From: Balneola sp.
GTDB lineage: Bacteria > Bacteroidota > Rhodothermia > Balneolales > Balneolaceae
NCBI GenBank assembly: GCA_048058975.1
Contig: JBLLNP010000010.1
Span: 59,473-83,472, forward strand
Reading direction: 5' to 3'
DNA: 24,000 bases
The notes under the pieces are model-generated. The model ran no database searches, had not been told where the DNA came from, and saw only the letters and a list, made by a program, of their open reading frames with translations. The translations under genes were made by a program, and so were the position numbers. Every line of letters begins with the position of its first letter. Position 1 is the first letter of the stretch. Positions 1 to 6,905 of this stretch are shown here, in pieces.

Positions 1-393
1 AAAGGAGAATTTGGAACAGCAGATAATCCCGGAGTCTTCTTTGTAAACTCTTATGCTAAATTAACCGGAGGCGTTCCTGATGGTTATGGAATCCTGGTGA
101 TCCGTTCAGGCGGAGAACTGGAATACGAAGGTGCACTTTCTGTGGCCGGGAACTTCACCTTTAATGGCCTGATTGTTTTTGAAAATGCTTTCGATTTCAC
201 CGGAAAAGGTACCCCTGATCTAAACGGATCTGTACTAATAGGAAACACACCAAATAACAATACCACCTTAGATGTGGATTTAGGTGGAAACCTACAAATA
301 CAGTACGATTGCGCTGCAATTGAATACGCAAGAATAGCCTCTGCAAACCATCTCAAGCAGAACAGATACACACGAGTAAGCACCTTTGAGTAA
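1..393 (+). CDS. 3' end of a larger gene cut by the window edge; fibre/pilus-associated protein with a beta-rich PilX/PilY-like C-terminus; function unassigned
   Basis: Frame +1 is open from nt 1 (KGEFGTADNPGVFFVNS...) to TAA 391-393, so the listed ATG at 97 is internal. The Gly/Asn-rich strand pattern (GILVIRSGGELEYEGALSVAGNFTFNGLIVF...LNGSVLIGN...LQIQYD) echoes the C-terminus of ORF 1631-3058 (LNLLGGLIQRN...NYQYDGRL). Confidence 0.5.
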   Translation, partial: KGEFGTADNPGVFFVNSYAKLTGGVPDGYGILVIRSGGELEYEGALSVAGNFTFNGLIVFENAFDFTGKGTPDLNGSVLIGNTPNNNTTLDVDLGGNLQIQYDCAAIEYARIASANHLKQNRYTRVSTFE

Positions 394-509
394 CCCTCGT
401 GAAAATTTCTGTAATATTTTTTGATTCAACCCCTCTTATACTATAGGTTCAGGAGAATTTAAGTTATACTTAGCATAATCTTGTTCTTTTGGTTTTCAAA
501 GCCTGATTT

Positions 510-529
510 ATATTAAGATTTCTTAATAT
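510..529. promoter_or_regulatory. Perfect 8-bp inverted repeat ATATTAAG-N4-CTTAATAT in a 208-bp AT-rich intergenic region; possible operator or weak hairpin
   Basis: I read ATATTAAGatttCTTAATAT directly. It lies 73 nt upstream of the ATG at 602, in the only long non-coding gap of the first 3.4 kb. Confidence 0.25.
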
Positions 530-601
530 TTAAAAGTTTTATTAAACCAATTTAATTCGTGTAGAGAGTGCGCATTTGTATATTAAAACAAAAAAGGTGC
601 C

Positions 602-1021
602 ATGACTAGTTACGCCGAAATAATTTACCTGACAGTTGCGATGGTGGTTTTTTCGATGCTTTCTATAAATACTGCCAAGAATTTTAACACTTCCCGAAGC
701 AATATTTACAGAACTGAGCTCGAATACAGAGCCATTGCAGTAGCACAGGATGAACTGGATAAGGTTCAATGGATTTATGATGACAATGAGCTTGATCCCA
801 ACAATGCTTCGTATGTGTATGCCAATTATCCTATCACAGAAACTCATACGTATGGCTCAAGCAATGAATACAGCAGCAGCTATGTAATTGATGCCCATTC
901 TGTGCTAATTGGCGACAACGGTAGCCAAAAACGATACCAGGTTACTGTAAGTGTTTTGAATGATGAAGTAAATCCGGACGTATTTATTACCATGGACTAT
1001 GTAAAATCCTATTCATATTAA
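602..1021 (+). CDS. Small N-terminally anchored pseudopilin-like protein (minor-pilin-like); hypothetical
   Basis: 139-aa ORF preceded by AAGGTG. It has a single N-terminal hydrophobic helix (SYAEIIYLTVAMVVFSMLS) with a Glu near the N-terminus, but no canonical G/FTLIE prepilin cleavage motif. The stop lies 10 nt before the next SD-preceded ATG. Confidence 0.6.
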   Translation: MTSYAEIIYLTVAMVVFSMLSINTAKNFNTSRSNIYRTELEYRAIAVAQDELDKVQWIYDDNELDPNNASYVYANYPITETHTYGSSNEYSSSYVIDAHSVLIGDNGSQKRYQVTVSVLNDEVNPDVFITMDYVKSYSY

Positions 1022-1030
1022 GGAGTAGTT

Positions 1031-1618
1031 ATGAATGTAGGTTTAATGACGACTTTTGTAGTAGGTGGGCTTTTCATGATCTCGATGCTTGCCTTTAATC
1101 AACAGCTTATTACTGGTTCTCAGGAATTTATGTTGAGTACCATCAGCCAGGACTATCTGGATGAAGTAGTAACTGTGCTTTCTAACGATTTTAACCGGAT
1201 TGGATACAATACCGGAATAGCTGTTCCATTTACTACCCTTCAGACTAACAACATCATTTTTCAAGCTGATGCTTATGATAATGATAATTACGGTGCTACT
1301 AATATTCGCTGGTACTTTGATACAAGCGATCCTGTAACTACCACCGAAAATCCTAATGATTACTATTTGAAAAGAGAAGGGCCGATAACGGCGAATACGT
1401 ACGGTACAATTAAGTTTCCTGTTACCGTATTTAAGCTTAGTTACTATACCGCAGATGGTACTGCAACCTTTGATAAGAATTCAGTAAAGAAAATTGAAGT
1501 TCAGATTATTTCAGAATCAAGTGATGCTTATACCGTTGGTAATGGAAGTGAAGAGTTTTATCCAAAAAATGTTTGGAAACGTATTTTCGTGCCAAACAAC
1601 ATCAATTTGCCATATTAA
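1031..1618 (+). CDS. N-terminally anchored pseudopilin-like protein; hypothetical
   Basis: 195-aa ORF with an AAGGAG SD 6 nt upstream. The N-terminal helix is LMTTFVVGGLFMISMLAF and the remainder is beta-rich. It is tightly coupled to the flanking genes. Confidence 0.6.
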   Translation: MNVGLMTTFVVGGLFMISMLAFNQQLITGSQEFMLSTISQDYLDEVVTVLSNDFNRIGYNTGIAVPFTTLQTNNIIFQADAYDNDNYGATNIRWYFDTSDPVTTTENPNDYYLKREGPITANTYGTIKFPVTVFKLSYYTADGTATFDKNSVKKIEVQIISESSDAYTVGNGSEEFYPKNVWKRIFVPNNINLPY

Positions 1619-1630
1619 AGAGGAGTTATT

Positions 1631-3058
1631 ATGGGAAAGAGTCTTTTATTTTTAGTTGGAGGGTTAACCATTATAACCGGGTACATGCAGGTTCAGAATA
1701 ATCAGCGCCTGCAAACCCTTCCGGAAGTTACCGCTGCTTATTTTGAAGAGCAGCAGGCTAGAAACATTGCTAAAAGCATGATTGACAATGCCATTGAGCA
1801 CATGAAAGCCAACAATAGCTGGACAGACAGCCTTGAGATTACAGATGTAATGAATGTAGGCTCGGTACTTAACCGAGACTTACTACAAACAAAAAATATT
1901 GTAAAGTTGGTCAAAGCTGGAGGGGAACGCCCAAGCAACCAACAACAAGAAATAGAAGCAGACCAGTTACTGGCAGCAATGGATCAGGCAGGGATAAGTG
2001 GTTCCCTCAAAAGTTATACCCAAAGTTCAACCAATATACCTGTAAATAACAGCGTAGGAACCTGGGATGAATACAAAGTACTGTTGGTAAGTACCAGCAC
2101 CTATGACGGAATAGAAATCACAACCGAAGTACTTATGCAGCGGGATTCATTCTCAAAATACTCTTATATGACGGATGATGAGCTTAGTTCTGCGGGTTCT
2201 GACATTTGGTTTATGGGTTCAGATAATATTTACGGGCCAATACACACCAATGGTACTTTTAAGATGTCCGGTACCCCTTCTTTTTATGGATTGATTACGA
2301 GCCCGAATAACTGGGTAGCTCACTCCACAAACGGGGCAACCCCAAATTTCTACGGTGGGGAGAATTTCAACGCACCTACTAAAAGCTCGCCCAGCAGCTA
2401 TGAAATTTCAAAATTAACTACCGCTGCTGCTAGTGGAGGTTTAAGCTTTACTAACCAGTTAGATATTCGGTTCTATGAAAGTGGAGGTGTTGGATACGCT
2501 GACATCAATGAGTGGAACGGTACTTCATGGAGCGGTATAACTACCTATAACCTAAGTACTACTAATGGAGTGATTTCTACTACTGGTCGTGTTGATGTTG
2601 AAGGTGTTATAAAAGGGCAGATAACTCTGCATTCTGAGTCTTTGATTGAGATAGATGGTGATATCACCTATTTTACTAATCCACTTGTGGATTCCAGTTC
2701 TACTGATATGCTGGGCATAGTTAGCGAAGATAACGTACGTATTGATGAAAATGCTCATTCGGCATCGGGTTCTCTCGATTTAGATATTCACGCTTCCATT
2801 ATGGCAATGAATACCTCATTTTATGTAGAGAATTATGCTTCCTATAGCCCCAGAGGCTCCTTAAACCTACTTGGTGGCCTTATTCAAAGAAACCGGGGTC
2901 CAGTTGGCACTTTTTCCGGAACAACTATTGTATCCGGCTTTTCTAAAAACTATCAATATGATGGTCGTTTGAAAGGATCTATTCCTCCACATTTTCCAAG
3001 AGAAAGTATATTCTCTATTGTGTATTGGAAAGATGAAGTTGTAAAGGTTACAAATTAA
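1631..3058 (+). CDS. PilX-N-like anchored large fibre-associated protein (possibly PilX_N/DUF4900-type); hypothetical
   Basis: 475-aa ORF with a GAGGAG SD upstream. The N-terminal helix is SLLFLVGGLTIITGYM. The motif IYGPIHTNGTFKMSGTPSFYGLITS and the repetitive beta-rich C-terminus recall PilX-like type IV pilus accessory proteins. This assignment is from memory and is not verified. Confidence 0.55.
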   Translation: MGKSLLFLVGGLTIITGYMQVQNNQRLQTLPEVTAAYFEEQQARNIAKSMIDNAIEHMKANNSWTDSLEITDVMNVGSVLNRDLLQTKNIVKLVKAGGERPSNQQQEIEADQLLAAMDQAGISGSLKSYTQSSTNIPVNNSVGTWDEYKVLLVSTSTYDGIEITTEVLMQRDSFSKYSYMTDDELSSAGSDIWFMGSDNIYGPIHTNGTFKMSGTPSFYGLITSPNNWVAHSTNGATPNFYGGENFNAPTKSSPSSYEISKLTTAAASGGLSFTNQLDIRFYESGGVGYADINEWNGTSWSGITTYNLSTTNGVISTTGRVDVEGVIKGQITLHSESLIEIDGDITYFTNPLVDSSSTDMLGIVSEDNVRIDENAHSASGSLDLDIHASIMAMNTSFYVENYASYSPRGSLNLLGGLIQRNRGPVGTFSGTTIVSGFSKNYQYDGRLKGSIPPHFPRESIFSIVYWKDEVVKVTN

Positions 3059-3062
3059 ACTA

Positions 3063-3458
3063 ATGAGAACTATTTTCACCCTACTCCTTCTGGGGGTATT
3101 TTCTCTGTTCGGCTCTTCTACTATTGAAGCGCGGCAGCAAGTAACATTTAACGTTAATTTGAAACCTCAACTTGAGGATAGCATATTCGTTCCCGGAAGA
3201 GATCAACTACAACTTGTGGGAAATTTACAACCTATCAATACAGCTCGTCCTTATTTTTTAACAGATACGGAACCGATCGATAGCGTTTACAGTGTAACTA
3301 TTACATTCCCTGGTAGATTTCGAAATCAGACTCTTATCTACAATTTCGAGATGACTGTTAACTACATCAAACAAAAAGAAAGCCTGGAACGCAGGCTGCT
3401 TCTGCGTACGGGTGAAGTGGAATTGGACGCACTATATTTCAATGCTTTTGCCTGGTAG
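3063..3458 (+). CDS. Small secreted beta-sandwich-like protein (CBM20-like pattern, weak); hypothetical
   Basis: 131-aa ORF starting 4 nt after the previous stop. The signal peptide is MRTIFTLLLLGVFSLFGSSTIEA. The strand pattern is VTFNVNL...LQLVGNL...YSVTITFP...IYNFEM. Confidence 0.55.
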   Translation: MRTIFTLLLLGVFSLFGSSTIEARQQVTFNVNLKPQLEDSIFVPGRDQLQLVGNLQPINTARPYFLTDTEPIDSVYSVTITFPGRFRNQTLIYNFEMTVNYIKQKESLERRLLLRTGEVELDALYFNAFAW

Positions 3459-3556
3459 CCTGATAAAGGATTACAATCTGTTAATTAAGAAACATTAACT
3501 GGTTAAAAAGTGCTGGATATGCAATCTTTAACTTAAAAGATTACACATTCAATCTC

Positions 3557-4072
3557 ATGAGGCAGTTAGCATTTCTGGTTACCATTTTTACTTTTTTGTC
3601 CTTCACCTCCTCTGTATCAGCTCAGGACAATGACCCAAGGCCCAGCGTTACTGCCTTAGTAAATATTTCTGCCCAGGTAGTACAATCCATTCAGCTCATA
3701 ACAGTTAATTCCATGACCTTTGGAAATGTGCAACCGGGACAGCTTGAGATATACGTTAACCCCATCAACGATGTAAATGCCGGTTATATGATTGCCGTTG
3801 GAACACCTGGTGCAGAATTCCGGCTCGATTTTCAGCAAGTACGAAACCTTACCAATGTGGAAGACGAAGGTTTTCTCACTTTCCAATACGAACTTTCCGG
3901 TAACGATACAGAAGACCAGTCCAGTTCTGAATTAATAGAAAATGAAAACCGTAGCATCGTTTTTAATGCGGATGGAGAATATCACATCTGGGTTGGTGGA
4001 CGAGTTAACATTGAGAATGCAACCCCTGGTAGTTACGAAGGCGATTTTACTATCGAAATAGATTATATCTGA
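3557..4072 (+). CDS. Secreted fimbrial subunit, SCPU/DUF4402-type (Csu-like archaic chaperone-usher family), paralogue 1
   Basis: The signal peptide ends SVSAQ|D. It has an N-proximal FG motif (MTFGNVQPGQ) and a C-terminal signature shared by all four paralogues (IWVGGRVNIENATPGSYEGDFTIEIDYI-COOH). Confidence 0.65.
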   Translation: MRQLAFLVTIFTFLSFTSSVSAQDNDPRPSVTALVNISAQVVQSIQLITVNSMTFGNVQPGQLEIYVNPINDVNAGYMIAVGTPGAEFRLDFQQVRNLTNVEDEGFLTFQYELSGNDTEDQSSSELIENENRSIVFNADGEYHIWVGGRVNIENATPGSYEGDFTIEIDYI

Positions 4073-4076
4073 GCTA

Positions 4077-4679
4077 ATGTGCAAACTGCATCAAATAGCA
4101 CTAACTGCATTAATTCTCTTAATCAGTTTTACGTCTAATGCTCAGGAGATCAATTTTGGAACTTTCAGTAGTTCATATTCTATGACGGTTACCCCAACAA
4201 ATGGGACAACACTTAATTTCGGGCAATTAATCTCAGGCGATGTAGATCCCGTAACAATAGCTCTGGACGATTTCGAAACGATTATTATTAGCGTTACAGG
4301 AGTAAAGTATCTGGATGTATTTGTACAAATCACTGCTCCTGATTACATAATCAAAGACGATCAACCCGGATGCGTAACCGATAATTGCAGAGTACCCTTT
4401 ACCCTTTCCGCGGCTTATGCGAACAAAGGAATGGAAAACAGCAACCAGGCAGTCATTATGAATGTACTCTCTAATTCTGCCAGTGCCCTCTTCCCGATAA
4501 GATCGAGAGGAAACGCGCCTCCCGGCCCTCCCCCAACTCCTGTGTACGAAGGATATAATCCAGCCTTGTATGAAGATACAGCCTATATCTATGTGTATGG
4601 AAGTCTTGCTGCAGGCACTTACGATGCCGGAACCTACACTTCTTTAACTGATATTTCAGTGATGGTTTCCTATGATTAA
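4077..4679 (+). CDS. Secreted fimbrial subunit, SCPU/DUF4402-type, paralogue 2 (larger, with a PPGPPPTP insert; candidate minor or tip subunit)
   Basis: The signal peptide ends SNAQ|E. It has the LNFGQLISGD motif and the C-terminal signature YVYGSLAAGTYDAGTYTSLTDISVMVSYD-COOH. The start lies 4 nt after the previous stop. Confidence 0.65.
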   Translation: MCKLHQIALTALILLISFTSNAQEINFGTFSSSYSMTVTPTNGTTLNFGQLISGDVDPVTIALDDFETIIISVTGVKYLDVFVQITAPDYIIKDDQPGCVTDNCRVPFTLSAAYANKGMENSNQAVIMNVLSNSASALFPIRSRGNAPPGPPPTPVYEGYNPALYEDTAYIYVYGSLAAGTYDAGTYTSLTDISVMVSYD

Positions 4680-5202
4680 GACTGGTAAATACATATCAGC
4701 TTTTCTTTTTTTAATTGCTCTTGGATACCAAAATTTGAATGCCCAGTTCATAAACCTGCAAATACGAATTGAACCTGAAATAACAGCCAAGGTTGAGCAA
4801 AATCTCGATTTCGGAGAATTAGTTATTGGTTCAGGAGAAAAGTATATAGGCCTTGGCGATTTGAATATGGGCGTGTTCAGTATTCGTGCGCTCTACACCC
4901 AAAGCATCTATTTATCTATGAATGCTACCGATGCCCTGGTTCACACCAATCCTTTTATAGGAGATCGGATCCCAATCGATTTGAATATTGCTTACAACAA
5001 CACGGGAAATAACAATGCAAACCGGTCTATTGAATTATCTGAAAACCTGGTTTATTTACCTGTGTATGACAATCCCGGCAACCCAAGGCCAAACCCGATC
5101 TGGCAGGAACTCTATGTGTATGTGTTCGGCACCATAGAGGTTGGAGAAGTTGCTACCGGAGAATATTTTTCTGAACTCACCTTGGTTGTACAGTATGATT
5201 AA
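4672..5202 (+). CDS. Secreted fimbrial subunit, SCPU/DUF4402-type, paralogue 3
   Basis: The ATG overlaps the previous gene by 8 nt (ATGATTAA). The signal peptide ends LNAQ|F. It has the LDFGELVIGSG motif and the C-terminal signature YVFGTIEVGEVATGEYFSELTLVVQYD-COOH. Confidence 0.65.
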   Translation: MIKTGKYISAFLFLIALGYQNLNAQFINLQIRIEPEITAKVEQNLDFGELVIGSGEKYIGLGDLNMGVFSIRALYTQSIYLSMNATDALVHTNPFIGDRIPIDLNIAYNNTGNNNANRSIELSENLVYLPVYDNPGNPRPNPIWQELYVYVFGTIEVGEVATGEYFSELTLVVQYD

Positions 5203-5205
5203 GGG

Positions 5206-5238
5206 TTTCTTAATAAAACAGGGTATTTCATTAAGAAA
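5206..5238. promoter_or_regulatory. Perfect 9-bp inverted repeat TTTCTTAAT-N15-ATTAAGAAA immediately after the stop of paralogue 3, inside the 181-nt gap before the major-subunit gene
   Basis: I read the arms directly at 5206-5214 and 5230-5238. The element is AT-rich and has no following T-tract, so it is more likely a protein-binding site or weak attenuator than a strong terminator. Confidence 0.25.
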
Positions 5239-5383
5239 TAAAAACCTTCTTAAAACACCCAAAAACGCCATTTTTATCCTTTTCTTAGACGTTTTTAATT
5301 AAGACACTCTAACTTGTACCCCTCCAAACTAATGGATAAGTTTGTATCAGAAATTAACAAACCAACACTCTCAACTTATTACT

Positions 5384-5890
5384 ATGAAAACTTTAAAAAC
5401 TCTTTCGATCTTTGTTGTTGCTGCTTTTTTAAGCAATGGTGCTTTCGCACAGGAAACTGCTGATGTAGCTGTTTCTGCTACTGTTGAAGCTGCTTTAGTT
5501 CTTACTCCAACAGCGGTTGCTCTTGGAACTATTCAAACTGGTGCTGCTTCTATCATTGACGCTAACGCAAATGATGATGCTACTGAAGCTAACTTAGGTA
5601 CTGGTGCTTCTGCTGGTTCTTTGCAAATTACTGGAACTTCTGGTGCAAGCGTTGATGTATCATGGGGAAATGCCACTCTTGATAATGGTTCTAACCCTAT
5701 CACTTTTACTCCATCTGTATGGTTAGGTGCTTCTGAGCTTACTACTCCTGCTGGTACTTCAGTAACTTTGACTGGCGGTGATATCACTATCGATGTTGGA
5801 GGCGCATTAGCTGCTCCAGGAGGAACTGGTACCTACAACACTTCTACTGGTTCTGGATCACCAATTACTTTCACAGTTTCTTATAACTAA
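5384..5890 (+). CDS. Candidate major fimbrial subunit, SCPU/DUF4402-type, paralogue 4
   Basis: I prefer the ATG at 5384 (MKTLKTLSIFVVAAFLSNGAFAQ|E) over the TTG at 5342 in the ORF track. The mature protein is Ala/Thr/Gly/Ser-rich, with C-terminal signature ITIDVGGALAAPGGTGTYNTSTGSGSPITFTVSYN-COOH. It shows strong NNT codon preference (GCT/ACT/GGT/TCT), has its own upstream gap, and is followed by a strong terminator. Confidence 0.7.
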   Translation: MKTLKTLSIFVVAAFLSNGAFAQETADVAVSATVEAALVLTPTAVALGTIQTGAASIIDANANDDATEANLGTGASAGSLQITGTSGASVDVSWGNATLDNGSNPITFTPSVWLGASELTTPAGTSVTLTGGDITIDVGGALAAPGGTGTYNTSTGSGSPITFTVSYN

Positions 5891-5905
5891 GAAGGTTAAG
5901 AATTT

Positions 5906-5944
5906 AAAAAAGTCTCATTACTTCGGTGATGAGACTTTTTTTTT
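5906..5944 (+). terminator. Rho-independent terminator or attenuator with a cUUCGg tetraloop after the major-subunit gene
   Basis: AAAAAGTCTCAT-TA-C(TTCG)G-TG-ATGAGACTTTTTTTTT. The core stems are 5911-5918 and 5929-5936, the loop is C-UUCG-G (5921-5926), and a 9-T run follows (5936-5944). Confidence 0.8.
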
Positions 5945-6039
5945 ATCAGAAAAGACGGAGATTTTCTTCAAATTTAATCTTATATAAAACTTTAGCACTT
6001 TTTAGCTATTTTATTACGGGTTCAAATAAAATTGGAAAA

Positions 6040-6882
6040 ATGAAAAATATCATCTCGTCTATTACTTTCTTCGCATTGCTCCTTTTGCTTTTTCAAGGAG
6101 TACTTATTGCTCAGGTAACTATTTCACCTACCAACTTGTTTATTGACGACAATGCTCAATTTGGTTCTTATATGGTGATTAATGGTTCCAATGAAGCACA
6201 GGAAATAAGCATCGATTTCTTCTTCGCCTATTCCCACTCTGATGAAAACGGAACCAGAGGAATTGTCCAGGATGACTCAGTGAGTGAAAGCCTGTATTCT
6301 ATCGCCGATAATGTTCGTGCTTTCCCCAGGAACTTTACCCTTGCCCCGGGCCAACGACAAACGGTTCGCTTAAGAGTTTCAGGCACAAATGAATTACAGG
6401 ATGGAACCTATTGGTCTCGTATTAAAACCACTTCCACCCCGGAAACTCCCCCATTGGAAATTCAGAACAATGACGCAGTTACCGCAAGAGTAGGAATAAA
6501 AGTGGAGCAGGTAACCGGACTATTTTTCAAAAAAGGGAGCGTAACTACCGGAATTGAAATTAATGGGATAGAAACCAGTACCGAAAATGATGGGAATACG
6601 CTTAATGTACTTGTTGATTTACTAAGAACAGGTAACTCTCCTTTCCTTGGAACTATTACCACAGAAGTTTTAAATGCGCAGGGTTCCAGCGTACTAAGCG
6701 ACTTCGTTTCAACATCTATCTATTTTGACGGCAAGTTCAAACAACAACTTAATATCCAGGATTTACAACCCGGTAGTTACCAGATTAAAGTAACGTTTGA
6801 AAGCAGTAGGACTGATATTGATCAAAGCAGGCTGGTTCAAATGCCTGTTTCAACCCAAACCGTACCATTCTCTATCAGGTGA
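6040..6882 (+). CDS. Periplasmic fimbrial chaperone-like protein (PapD-like, two Ig-like domains)
   Basis: I prefer the ATG at 6040 (MKNIISSITFFALLLLLFQGVLIAQ|V). The GTG at 5926 in the ORF track lies inside the terminator hairpin. The N-domain pattern VTISPTNLFIDDNAQFGSYMVINGSNEAQEISI...FPRNFTLAPGQRQTVRLRV...DGTYWSRIK matches the PapD_N layout. The gene sits between the subunit genes and the usher-like gene. Confidence 0.6.
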   Translation: MKNIISSITFFALLLLLFQGVLIAQVTISPTNLFIDDNAQFGSYMVINGSNEAQEISIDFFFAYSHSDENGTRGIVQDDSVSESLYSIADNVRAFPRNFTLAPGQRQTVRLRVSGTNELQDGTYWSRIKTTSTPETPPLEIQNNDAVTARVGIKVEQVTGLFFKKGSVTTGIEINGIETSTENDGNTLNVLVDLLRTGNSPFLGTITTEVLNAQGSSVLSDFVSTSIYFDGKFKQQLNIQDLQPGSYQIKVTFESSRTDIDQSRLVQMPVSTQTVPFSIR

Positions 6883-6905
6883 CACATTGGTATTCATCAT
6901 AATTA

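Noticed and set aside
5342-5383. TTG 5342 start for the major-subunit gene
   Set aside because: The additional 14 residues (MYQKLTNQHSQLIT) precede a perfect Met-initiated signal peptide at ATG 5384, so the upstream extension is unnecessary.
5926-6039. GTG 5926 start for the chaperone-like gene (ORF track, 318 aa)
   Set aside because: The GTG lies inside the loop of the terminator hairpin (5911-5936), and the extra 38 residues (MMRLFFYQKRRRFSSNLILYK...) are translated T-tract and AT-rich spacer. ATG 6040 gives a clean signal peptide.
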